Origin: Pseudomonas aeruginosa
GTDB taxonomy: Bacteria; Pseudomonadota; Gammaproteobacteria; Pseudomonadales; Pseudomonadaceae
Direction: 5' to 3'
Length of the DNA: 32,000 nucleotides
NCBI RefSeq assembly: GCF_001457615.1
Contig: NZ_LN831024.1
Coordinates: 150,001 to 182,000, forward strand
A program made the position numbers and the translations under genes. Below the pieces are notes generated by a model, which saw only the letters and a program-made list of their open reading frames with translations, made no database searches and was not told the DNA's origin. Of the stretch, positions 17,003 through 26,168 are shown one piece after another (position 1 is the stretch's first letter; each line of letters begins with the position of its first letter).

Positions 17003-17965
17003 TTGGACCGTCTACCCATCATCGACATCGCCCCGCTCTACGGCGCCGACCGTGGCGCCTGGAACGACGTGGCGCGGCGGATCGACCAGGCCTGCCGCGA
17101 GTGGGGCTTCTTCTACATCGCCGGACACCCGCTGCCGGCCGCGCGCTTCGAAGCCCTGTTGGCGGCGGCGCGGGAGTTCTTCGCGCTGCCCGTCGAAGAG
17201 AAGCTGAAGATCGATATCACCCGTAGCCGCAATCATCGCGGCTATGGCGCGATCGCCACCGAGCAGCTCGACCCGGCGTTGCCCAGCGACTTCAAGGAGA
17301 CCTTCGACATGGCCCTGCACCTGCCGGCGGAGCATCCCGACGTGCGCGCCGGCAAGTCCTTCTACGGGCCCAACCGACACCCCGACCTGCCCGGCTGGGA
17401 GGCCCTGCTGGAAGGACACTATGCCGACATGCTGGCGCTGGCCCGTACCGTGCTGCGCGCCCTGGCCATCGCCCTGGGGATCGAGGAGGACTTCTTCGAT
17501 CGCCGCTTCGAGCAGCCGGTCAGCGTGTTCCGCCTGATCCACTATCCGCCGGCCTCGGCCCGGCAGAGCGCCGACCAGCCCGGCGCCGGCGCGCACACCG
17601 ACTACGGCTGCGTGACCCTGCTCTACCAGGACGCCGCCGGTGGCCTGCAAGTGCAGAACCGCCAGGGCGAATGGATCGACGCGCCGCCCATCGACGGCAC
17701 CTTCGTGGTCAACATCGGCGACATGATGGCGCGCTGGAGCAACGACCGTTACCGCTCGACCCCGCACCGGGTGATCAGCCCGCGCGGGGTGCACCGCTAC
17801 TCCATGCCGTTCTTCGCCGAACCGCACATGGACACCGAGATCCGCTGCCTGCCGGGCTGCTTCGACGCGGACAACCCGCCGAAGTATCCGCCGACCACCT
17901 GTGGCGATTGGCTGACCTCGCGCTTCGCGCAGACCTATGCCTATCGGCGCGGCGAAACGGCCTGA
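17003..17965 (+). CDS. 2-oxoglutarate/Fe(II)-dependent oxygenase, isopenicillin-N-synthase-like family
   Basis: Frame of ORF 16940..17965; likely TTG start at 17003 with AGGAGAG upstream (LDRLPIIDIAPLYG); HTDYGCVTLL, VVNIGDMMARWSNDRYRSTPHRV motifs supplying the HxD...H triad. Confidence 0.87.
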   Translation: MDRLPIIDIAPLYGADRGAWNDVARRIDQACREWGFFYIAGHPLPAARFEALLAAAREFFALPVEEKLKIDITRSRNHRGYGAIATEQLDPALPSDFKETFDMALHLPAEHPDVRAGKSFYGPNRHPDLPGWEALLEGHYADMLALARTVLRALAIALGIEEDFFDRRFEQPVSVFRLIHYPPASARQSADQPGAGAHTDYGCVTLLYQDAAGGLQVQNRQGEWIDAPPIDGTFVVNIGDMMARWSNDRYRSTPHRVISPRGVHRYSMPFFAEPHMDTEIRCLPGCFDADNPPKYPPTTCGDWLTSRFAQTYAYRRGETA

Positions 17966-18054
17966 GCCGCCCGTCGCGCGCGGGAGCGGCTCGCGGGTTT
18001 GCCGCGGGCCTGACTCCCGGGACAGGTTAAACTTGCCGGCCAAGACCAGCCTGA

Positions 18055-19020
<966 letters not shown>

Positions 19021-19087
19021 GGGGCGGCGTGCCGGGTAGCCCGGCGCGCGACCCGCAAGGCGTTTCGTCGTCGCTGGCTTCTCGGCA

Positions 19088-19109
19088 TTGATGATAAGCA
19101 TTATCATTT
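19088..19109. promoter_or_regulatory. Candidate Fur box upstream of the ECF sigma gene
   Basis: ATGATAA-GCA-TTATCAT (19091-19107), a perfect 7-3-7 palindrome resembling GATAATGATAATCATTATC, in an otherwise GC-rich context. Confidence 0.8.
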
Positions 19110-19174
19110 GAAGGCCTGCTCAGCATTCCCATGGCGCCGCCCCGGCGCCGGCTTTCGTGCAGCCGTCCTCACCG

Positions 19175-19762
19175 ATGCCCGACCGCGACCTACCTCCCGG
19201 CCCGCGCCCGGATGCCTTGCCGGCAGACGGCGAGGCGGCGCGCCGCGCGGATCTCCTCAAGGCCTTCCTGGCCCAGCGCCAGCGCATGGAAAGCCTGGTC
19301 AGCCGCTGGGTCGGCTGCCGGGCGACCGCCGCCGACCTGGTCCAGGAACTGTTCCTGCGCTTCTGGCGGCGCCCGGCCGCCCCGGTGGAGGAGCTTGGCA
19401 GCTACCTCCTGCGCAGCGCGCGCAACCTGGCCATCGACCACTTGCGTGGCGAAGGATCGCGGCAACGGCAACTGGACGACTGGCTGCCGGAGCAGCGCCA
19501 GGGCGAGCCGGTCGGTCCCGAGCAGGCGCTCGAGGCCGGCGACCAGTGGCGCCGGGTCGAGGCCGCCTTGCGCGGCCTGCCCGAGCGCACCCGGCGGATT
19601 TTCCTGCTCAATCGCATCCACGGCCGCACCTACGCGGAGATCGCCCAGGCCATGCAGCTTTCCCAAAGCGCCGTGGAAAAACATATGATGCGCGCCCTCG
19701 ACGCCTGCAAGGCGAGCCTGGCCGGCCCGGCCGGCGAGCAGGCAAGGAGCGCCCAGCCATGA
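19175..19762 (+). CDS. ECF sigma-70 factor, FecI/PvdS-like
   Basis: ORF 19157..19762; RWVGCRATAADLVQELFLRFWRRP (region 2) and LPERTRRIFLLNRIHGRTYAEIAQAMQLSQSAVEKHMMRAL (region 4). Confidence 0.9.
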   Translation: MPDRDLPPGPRPDALPADGEAARRADLLKAFLAQRQRMESLVSRWVGCRATAADLVQELFLRFWRRPAAPVEELGSYLLRSARNLAIDHLRGEGSRQRQLDDWLPEQRQGEPVGPEQALEAGDQWRRVEAALRGLPERTRRIFLLNRIHGRTYAEIAQAMQLSQSAVEKHMMRALDACKASLAGPAGEQARSAQP

Positions 19763-20754
19763 CCCGACCCGATAGCGACGCCGCGCCCTACGAGCCCGTC
19801 CTCGAGCAGACCGCACAGGCCTGGCTGGTGCGCCTGCGCGGTACGCCGGATGCGGCGACCCGGCGGGCCTTCGAGGACTGGCTGGCGCAGCGGCCGGCGC
19901 ATGCCGAGGCCTATGCCCGCGCCGAGGCGCTCTGGCGCCTGACGGAAATACCGGCGAGCCGCCTGGCCATCGAAGAGGCCGATGCCCTGGAAGCCTACCT
20001 GCGGCCGCGCCGAGCGTCGCGCAACCCGCGGCGCTGGGCCTACCCGCTGGCCAGCGTCGCCTGCCTGCTGGCGATGCTCTGGCTGGGCGGCTGGTGGCAG
20101 CCCGGCGACTGGCTGCAGGACTGGCGTGCCGACTATGTCGCCGCGCCGGGACAGGTCGCCGAATGGAAGCTGGCCGATGGCTCCTACCTGAGCCTGGACG
20201 CCGGCAGCGCGGTGCGCGTGCGTATCGACGGCGGCCAGCGGCGGGTCGAACTGCTGCGCGGCGCCGCCGCGTTGTGGGTGAAGCGCGACGCGCTGCCATT
20301 CGTGGTCGAGGCCGGCGAAGGTCGGGCGCGGGTACTGGGCACCGAGTTCGAGGTCCGTCGCGGCGCCGGGGCGACCCGCGTCACCGTGTTGCAAGGGCGG
20401 GTCGCGGTGAGCGCCGGCACCGGTGCGGGCGCCGCCGAGGAAGTGCTGGGCGCCGGCCAGCAGGTCGGCTTCGCCGACGGCAAGCTGGGCCGGCCCGTGG
20501 CCATCGACGCCGCCGCCGCGCTGGCCTGGCGCCAGGGTTGGCTGAGCTTCTACCGGCGGCCGCTGGCGGAAGTGCTCGACGAACTCGCTCGCTACTACCC
20601 CGGACGCATTCTCCTGCTCGACGACGCGCTCGGCCGCCAGCCGGTCAGCGGCAGCTTCCGCAGCGACGATCCCGAAGCCGCGCTGAAGTCGCTGCAGGCG
20701 GTGCTCGGCTATCGCCAGCAGATCCTGTTCGGACGCCTGGTGGTGATTCGCTGA
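19759..20754 (+). CDS. FecR-family transmembrane anti-sigma regulator
   Basis: ATG overlaps sigma TGA by 4 nt; 331 aa with AFEDWLAQRPAHAEAYARAEALW, one TM segment, periplasmic LGTEFEVRRGAGATRVTVLQGRVAV. Confidence 0.92.
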   Translation: MTRPDSDAAPYEPVLEQTAQAWLVRLRGTPDAATRRAFEDWLAQRPAHAEAYARAEALWRLTEIPASRLAIEEADALEAYLRPRRASRNPRRWAYPLASVACLLAMLWLGGWWQPGDWLQDWRADYVAAPGQVAEWKLADGSYLSLDAGSAVRVRIDGGQRRVELLRGAAALWVKRDALPFVVEAGEGRARVLGTEFEVRRGAGATRVTVLQGRVAVSAGTGAGAAEEVLGAGQQVGFADGKLGRPVAIDAAAALAWRQGWLSFYRRPLAEVLDELARYYPGRILLLDDALGRQPVSGSFRSDDPEAALKSLQAVLGYRQQILFGRLVVIR

Positions 20755-20795
20755 CGGCGGCCCCGCTCCGTTTGGCCGCAGGAATCTTTCCCGGC

Positions 20796-20850
20796 GAAGA
20801 ATTTTTTTGCGCTGGGGGGTGAGGTAAATCCGGCGCCGCTTCGTGTAGTG
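20796..20850 (+). promoter_or_regulatory. Candidate FecI-type ECF promoter region upstream of the TonB receptor
   Basis: gaagaatttttttgcgctggggggtgaggtaaatccggcgccgcttcgtgt, in the FecR-receptor gap; T-run plus GAGGTAAAT...CGT resembles promoters of this class but spacing is atypical. Confidence 0.35.
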
Positions 20851-20901
20851 CTCATGACCGCGATTGATTCGCATTAGAAAAGCGACCGACACGAGCAACC
20901 C

Positions 20902-23289
20902 ATGACCCCCTTCCCGCGCTTCGCCCTGCGTACTCTCCCCGCCCTGTTCCTCAGCCTCGGCTGTCTCGCCGCCACCGCGCAGGCCGCCGAGGCGGTTCGC
21001 TACCGCTTCAGCCAGGCTGCCGCGCCGCTGGCCCAGGCGCTCAACGCGTTCAGCCGGGCCAGCGGGCAGACGCTGCTCTACACCGCCGAGCTGCCGCCGC
21101 AGGCGACCGCCCCGGCATTGCACGGTTCGCTGGACGCGGAGGAGGCGCTGCAACGCCTGCTGCAGGGCAGCGGCCTGCGCGCGCGGCGGATCGACGAGCG
21201 CACCCTGACCCTGGAACCGATCCCCGCCAGCGGCGCGCTCGACCTCGATGCCACGACGGTCTCCGCCGCCGCCCCGGCGCAGGGCTACCGGCCGGCGGCC
21301 AACGCCTCGATCAGCCGCGGCGATGCGCCGCTACTGGATATCCCCCAGGCGATCAGCGTGGTCCCGGCACAGGCGCTGCAGGACCAGCGCCCGCGCAACC
21401 TTGACGACGCGCTGGGCAACATCAGCGGCATCACCCAGGCCAACACCCTTGGCGGTACCCAGGACGCGGTGATGAAGCGCGGCTTCGGCGACAACCGCGA
21501 CGGCTCGATCATGCGTGACGGCATGCCCTCGGTGCAGGGCCGCAATTTCACCGCCACCGCCGACCACGTCGAGGTGCTGAAGGGGCCTGCATCCCTGCTC
21601 TATGGCATCCAGGACCCGGGCGGGGTGGTCAACGTGGTGAGCAAGAAGCCGCAACTGCAACAAGCCAACGCCCTGACCCTGCGTGGCTCGGCCTACGCCC
21701 ACGGGCGCAACGGCAGCGGCGGCCAGCTCGACTCCACCGGCCCGCTGGGCGACAGCGGACTGGCCTACCGGATGATCCTCGATCATGAGGACGAGGATTA
21801 CTGGCGCGACTTCGGCAAGAGTCGCGAGACGCTGGTGGCGCCCTCGCTGGCCTGGTACGGCGAGGACACGACGGTCAACCTGAGCTACGAGCACCGCGAG
21901 TTCACCACGCCGTTCGACCGTGGCACGGCCATCGACCCGCGTACCAACCGCCCGCTGGACATCCCGCGCAGCCGGCGCCTGGACGAGCCCTTCAACATCA
22001 CCGAGGGCCGTTCCGAGCTGACCCGCCTGGATCTCGAACGGCAGCTCGACGACACCTGGAAGGCCCACTTCGGCTACGGCTACAGTCGCGAGACCTACGA
22101 CGACAACCAGGCCCGGGTGATGGCCGTGAATGCCGACGGCACCCTGACCCGGCGCATGGACGGCACCCACGGCGCGGTCAGCAGCGACAGCTTCGCCACC
22201 CTCGACCTGAGCGGAACGCTGCAACTGGCCGGGATGCAACATGACCTGCAATTCGGCATGGACCACGAGAAGCGCAAGATCTTCCGCGCCGACCTGCTGC
22301 GCGACAGCAAGACCAGCCGCTTCGACTACCTCGACCCGGTCTATGGCCAGGTGGTGCCGTCGACCCGGGTGGTCGCCGGCGACAGCGACCAGACCGACAA
22401 GCTGCGCAGCGACTCGCTGTACTTCCAGGACTCGATCCACCTGGACGAACGCTGGATCCTGGTCGGCGGCGCGCGCTACCAGATCTACGACCAGCTCGCC
22501 GGGCGCGGCCGGCCGTTCAACGCCAACACCGATATCAACGGGCAGAAATGGGTGCCGCGCGGCGGCCTGGTCTACCGCCTGAGCGACGAGGTTTCGCTGT
22601 ACGGCAGCTACACGCGCTCGTTCAAGCCGAACTCGACCATCGCCCCGCTGAGCACCGGCGAGACCATCGATTCGGCGATCCTGCCGGAGGAGGCGACCTC
22701 CTGGGAGCTGGGCGCCAAGCTGGATGTGCCGGGGCGTCTCAGCGGCACCCTGGCGCTGTTCGACATTCGCAAGAAGAACGTGCTGGTCAACGAACTCGAC
22801 GGTGCCGGCAACAGCAGCGTGCGCGCCGCCGGCCGGGTCCGCTCGCGCGGCCTGGAGCTGGACCTCACCGGCCAGCTCAGCGAACGCTGGAGCCTGATCG
22901 GCAGCTACGCCTGGCTCGCCGCGGAAGTCACCGAGGACCCGACCCTGGAGGGCAAGCGCCTGCAGAACGTGGCGCGCAACACCGCGTCGCTGTCGGCGGT
23001 CTACGAACTCGGCCAGCTCTTCGGCGGCGACCGCCTGCGCCTGGGCGGCGGCGCGCGCTACGTCGGCAAGCGCCCGGGCGACCCGGCCAATTCCTTCGAC
23101 CTGCCGTCCTACACCGTGGCCGATGCCTTCGCCAGCTACGACACCCGCTTCGGCGGGCACGGCGTGAAGTTCCAGCTCAACGTGAAGAACCTGTTCGACC
23201 GCACCTACTACCCGTCCAGTGCCAATCGACTGTACGTGGCGATGGGCGAGCCCCGGCAGTTCCAGGTGTCGACGACGGTGGAGTTCTGA
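20902..23289 (+). CDS. TonB-dependent siderophore-type receptor with N-terminal STN signalling domain
   Basis: 795 aa; signal peptide, STN region (YRFSQAAAPLAQALNAFSRASGQTLLY), plug (VEVLKGPASLLYGIQDPGGVVNVVSKKP), C-terminal FQVSTTVEF. Confidence 0.93.
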   Translation: MTPFPRFALRTLPALFLSLGCLAATAQAAEAVRYRFSQAAAPLAQALNAFSRASGQTLLYTAELPPQATAPALHGSLDAEEALQRLLQGSGLRARRIDERTLTLEPIPASGALDLDATTVSAAAPAQGYRPAANASISRGDAPLLDIPQAISVVPAQALQDQRPRNLDDALGNISGITQANTLGGTQDAVMKRGFGDNRDGSIMRDGMPSVQGRNFTATADHVEVLKGPASLLYGIQDPGGVVNVVSKKPQLQQANALTLRGSAYAHGRNGSGGQLDSTGPLGDSGLAYRMILDHEDEDYWRDFGKSRETLVAPSLAWYGEDTTVNLSYEHREFTTPFDRGTAIDPRTNRPLDIPRSRRLDEPFNITEGRSELTRLDLERQLDDTWKAHFGYGYSRETYDDNQARVMAVNADGTLTRRMDGTHGAVSSDSFATLDLSGTLQLAGMQHDLQFGMDHEKRKIFRADLLRDSKTSRFDYLDPVYGQVVPSTRVVAGDSDQTDKLRSDSLYFQDSIHLDERWILVGGARYQIYDQLAGRGRPFNANTDINGQKWVPRGGLVYRLSDEVSLYGSYTRSFKPNSTIAPLSTGETIDSAILPEEATSWELGAKLDVPGRLSGTLALFDIRKKNVLVNELDGAGNSSVRAAGRVRSRGLELDLTGQLSERWSLIGSYAWLAAEVTEDPTLEGKRLQNVARNTASLSAVYELGQLFGGDRLRLGGGARYVGKRPGDPANSFDLPSYTVADAFASYDTRFGGHGVKFQLNVKNLFDRTYYPSSANRLYVAMGEPRQFQVSTTVEF

Positions 23290-23450
23290 GTCGGCGCTCG
23301 CTCCAGGTGGGGTTCCCCGGCGTCCTCCTGGACGTGGAGGCCCCCCTGAAGGGCGAAGGGTCGGCGCGATGCTGCCCGACCATGCTCCATCTGGTTCCTT
23401 CTTCCCCAGGGAAGGGATTGCCCGGCGCGTGAGTCGTTCCGCCATCCAGT

Positions 23451-23477
23451 GCCTTCTCCCTTTGGGGAAAGGAAGGC
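23451..23477. repeat. Intergenic stem-loop
   Basis: GCCTTC TCCC tttg GGGA aag GAAGGC; resembles common CCTTCTCCC...GGGAAAGG intergenic hairpins. Confidence 0.45.
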
Positions 23478-23574
23478 GGAGAACCGCCTGGCACGACCTC
23501 GCCGCACGCCACACCTCGTTCCCAACCCGCCCGTTGGGTACCATGCCCGCACCACTCGCCGCCACGGCCGCCCC

Positions 23575-24492
23575 ATGAACCTCGACAACCGCATCAAGTT
23601 CCGCCACCTCGCCTGCTTCCTCGAAGTCGCCCGCCAGCGCAGCTTCGCCAAGGCGGCGGATGCCGTGGCGGTGTCGCAGCCGGCGATCTCCAAGACCCTC
23701 AAGGAACTGGAGGAAATCCTCGGCGCGCGCCTGTTCGAACGGAGCAAGGCCGGCGCCGAGCTGACCGAGGCGGGCGTGACCTTCCTGCGCTATGCCGGCC
23801 CCTGCGTGCAGGCCCTGCGCGACGGGGTGAACACCCTGCGCGGCCACGAGGCGCAGGTCGAGACGGTGCGGGTCGGCGTGCTGTCGACGGTGGAGAGCCT
23901 GGTGGTGCCCGAGGTGATCCGGCGCCTGCACCGGCGCCACGGTGCGCTGGTGGTCAGCGTCGCCACCGGACCCAGCGCCTACCTGCTGGCGCAACTGAAG
24001 GTCGGCGAGCTGGACCTGGTGGTCGGGCGGATGACCGATAGCCCGGACATCCAGGGCCTGACCTTCGAGCACCTGTACAGCGAGTCGATGATGCTGGTGG
24101 TGCGTCCCGGCCACCCCTTGCTCGCCGCGCCCCTCGGCGACCCGCAGCGGCTGGCCGAATTCCCGCTGGTGCTGCCGCTGGCCGGCACCACCATCCGCCG
24201 CCACGCCGACAGCCTGTTCGTGCAATGGGGCATCCCGCTCGCCGGACAGCGCCTGGAAACCCTCTCGCCGACCCTCAGCCGCAGCTATGTGTTGCGCAGC
24301 GAGGCGATCTGGGTGGCGCCGCGCGATGCCGTGCGCCTGGACGTCGGCAACGGCGAGCTGGCCGAGCTGGACCTGGGTATCCGCGAACCGGGCGGTTCGG
24401 TCGGGCTGTGCCACAACGCGGCCTTGCCGTTGCCGCTGGGGGCGCAATGGTTCAGCGCGGTGTTGCGCGAGGTGGCCGCCGAGTTGCACTGA
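23575..24492 (+). CDS. pcaQ: LysR-family regulator of protocatechuate degradation
   Basis: MNLDNRIKFRHLACFLEVARQRSFAKAADAVAVSQPAISKTLKELEEILGARLFERSKAG...; directly upstream of pcaHG. Confidence 0.93.
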   Translation: MNLDNRIKFRHLACFLEVARQRSFAKAADAVAVSQPAISKTLKELEEILGARLFERSKAGAELTEAGVTFLRYAGPCVQALRDGVNTLRGHEAQVETVRVGVLSTVESLVVPEVIRRLHRRHGALVVSVATGPSAYLLAQLKVGELDLVVGRMTDSPDIQGLTFEHLYSESMMLVVRPGHPLLAAPLGDPQRLAEFPLVLPLAGTTIRRHADSLFVQWGIPLAGQRLETLSPTLSRSYVLRSEAIWVAPRDAVRLDVGNGELAELDLGIREPGGSVGLCHNAALPLPLGAQWFSAVLREVAAELH

Positions 24493-24497
24493 TAAAG

Positions 24498-24515
24498 CAT
24501 AACCAAATGGTTATG
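24498..24515. promoter_or_regulatory. Candidate PcaQ binding site
   Basis: CATAACC-aaat-GGTTATG perfect inverted repeat, close to the ATAACC-N4-GGTT PcaQ box described in Rhizobiaceae, 5' of pcaH. Confidence 0.75.
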
Positions 24516-24626
24516 TATGGGGCCGGATAATTCACTGTCCCCGTCCCGCCTCCTGCGCAAGACTTCGTTTTCCATGCCTGAATCCACAAGCCTGGCGACC
24601 GATAACGCGAATAACAGGAGCCCGAC

Positions 24627-25346
24627 ATGCACGACGCCGAAAGCCGTCGTTTCGTCATCCGTGACCGAAACTGGCACCCCAAAGCCTTGACCCCCGACTA
24701 CAAGACCTCCGTGCCGCGCTCGCCGAGCCAGGCGCTGGTGAGCATCCCGCAATCGCTCTCGGAAACCAGCGGGCCGGACTTCTCCCACCTCAGGCTCGGC
24801 CGCCACGACAACGACCTGCTGCTCAACTTCGACCACGGCGGCCTGCCCCAGGGCGAGCGCATCATCATGTTCGGCCGGGTCTTCGACCAGTACGGCAAGC
24901 CGGTCCCGCACACCCTGGTGGAGATGTGGCAGGCCAACGCCGGCGGGCGCTACCGGCACAAGAACGACCGCTACCTGGCGCCGCTCGACCCGAACTTCGG
25001 CGGCGTCGGCCGGACCCTCACCGACAGCGAGGGCCACTATTACTTCCGCACCATCAAGCCCGGGCCCTATCCCTGGCGCAACGGCCCCAACGACTGGCGC
25101 CCGGCGCACATCCACGTGTCTGTCAGCGGCCCGGCGATCGCCGCGCGGCTGGTCACCCAGATGTACTTCGAGGGCGACCCGCTGATCCCCAAGTGCCCGA
25201 TCATCCGCACCCTTGCCGACCCGGAGGCGGCGCAGAGCCTGATCGGCCGGCTCGACATGAGCATGGCCAACCCGATGGACTGCCTGGCCTACCGCTTCGA
25301 CATCGTCCTGCGCGGGCAGCGCAAGACCTTCTTCGAGAACGCCTGA
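24627..25346 (+). CDS. pcaH: Protocatechuate 3,4-dioxygenase beta subunit
   Basis: 239 aa; [40 protein letters not shown]. Confidence 0.96.
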   Translation: MHDAESRRFVIRDRNWHPKALTPDYKTSVPRSPSQALVSIPQSLSETSGPDFSHLRLGRHDNDLLLNFDHGGLPQGERIIMFGRVFDQYGKPVPHTLVEMWQANAGGRYRHKNDRYLAPLDPNFGGVGRTLTDSEGHYYFRTIKPGPYPWRNGPNDWRPAHIHVSVSGPAIAARLVTQMYFEGDPLIPKCPIIRTLADPEAAQSLIGRLDMSMANPMDCLAYRFDIVLRGQRKTFFENA

Positions 25347-25356
25347 GGAGCCGACC

Positions 25357-25962
25357 ATGAGCCACGAACTGCTGCGGGAAACCCCTTCCCAGACCGCCGG
25401 TCCCTATGTCCACATCGGCCTGGCGCTGGCCGCCGCCGGCAACCCGACCCGTGACCTGGAGATCTGGAACCGCATGGCCCGCGAAGACGCGCCGGGCCAG
25501 CACATCCTCCTGCTCGGCCACGTCTACGACGGCAACGGCCACCTGGTGCGCGACTCGTTCCTGGAGTTCTGGCAGGCCGACAGCGAAGGCCGCTACCAGG
25601 AGCGCTACGATCCGGAGCGTCCGTTCAACAGCTTCGGCCGCACCGCCACCACCTTCGATGCCGGCGAGTGGACCCTGCACACGGTCAAGCCGGGGGTGGT
25701 GCGTAACGCCCAGGGCGTGCCGATGGCGCCGCACATCAACGTCTCGCTGTTCGCCCGCGGCATCAACATCCACTTGCAGACCCGGCTGTACTTCGATGAC
25801 GAGACCGAGGCCAACGCCGCCTGTCCGGTGCTCAACCTGATCGAGCAGGCGCCGCGTCGCGACACCCTGCTCGCGCAGCGCTGCGAAGTGGACGGACAGC
25901 TCGCCTACCGTTTCGACATCCGCATCCAGGGCGACAACGAGACGGTGTTCTTTGACTTCTAG
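25357..25962 (+). CDS. pcaG: Protocatechuate 3,4-dioxygenase alpha subunit
   Basis: 201 aa; TPSQTAGPYVHIGLALAAAG, EFWQADSEGRYQERYD, APHINVSLFARGI; immediately 3' of pcaH. Confidence 0.96.
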   Translation: MSHELLRETPSQTAGPYVHIGLALAAAGNPTRDLEIWNRMAREDAPGQHILLLGHVYDGNGHLVRDSFLEFWQADSEGRYQERYDPERPFNSFGRTATTFDAGEWTLHTVKPGVVRNAQGVPMAPHINVSLFARGINIHLQTRLYFDDETEANAACPVLNLIEQAPRRDTLLAQRCEVDGQLAYRFDIRIQGDNETVFFDF

Positions 25963-25989
25963 GCGCATCGATCGCGCGGGAAGGAAGGG

Positions 25990-26014
25990 CGCCCTTGCCG
26001 GAGCGGCAAGGGCG
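25990..26014 (+). terminator. Stem-loop downstream of pcaG
   Basis: Perfect 11-bp stem CGCCCTTGCCG-GAG-CGGCAAGGGCG; no U tract. Confidence 0.5.
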
Positions 26015-26104
26015 TACCCAGAACCCGCCGATGGGTACCTGACATTACTCCCGGAGGGCGATGGGTAGCCCCGACAGTACTACAGTCGGAGGCGCTCCGG
26101 TCAA

Positions 26105-26138
26105 TTGCGATGATCGAACGAGTGTCCGATAATCGGCG
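26105..26138. promoter_or_regulatory. Two candidate PcaR operator sites
   Basis: GTTCGATCATCGCAA (minus strand, 26105-26119) and GTCCGATAATCGGCG (26124-26138), both close to the PcaR motif GTTCGATAATCGCAC I recall from P. putida. Confidence 0.65.
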
Positions 26139-26168
26139 AGCCTTTCCGTGACCCGAGCCCGAACGTCC

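Noticed and set aside
21331-24489. 1052 aa minus-strand ORF antisense to TonB receptor and pcaQ
   Set aside because: Low-complexity Q/A/H/G-rich shadow frame of genuine genes with clear domain motifs
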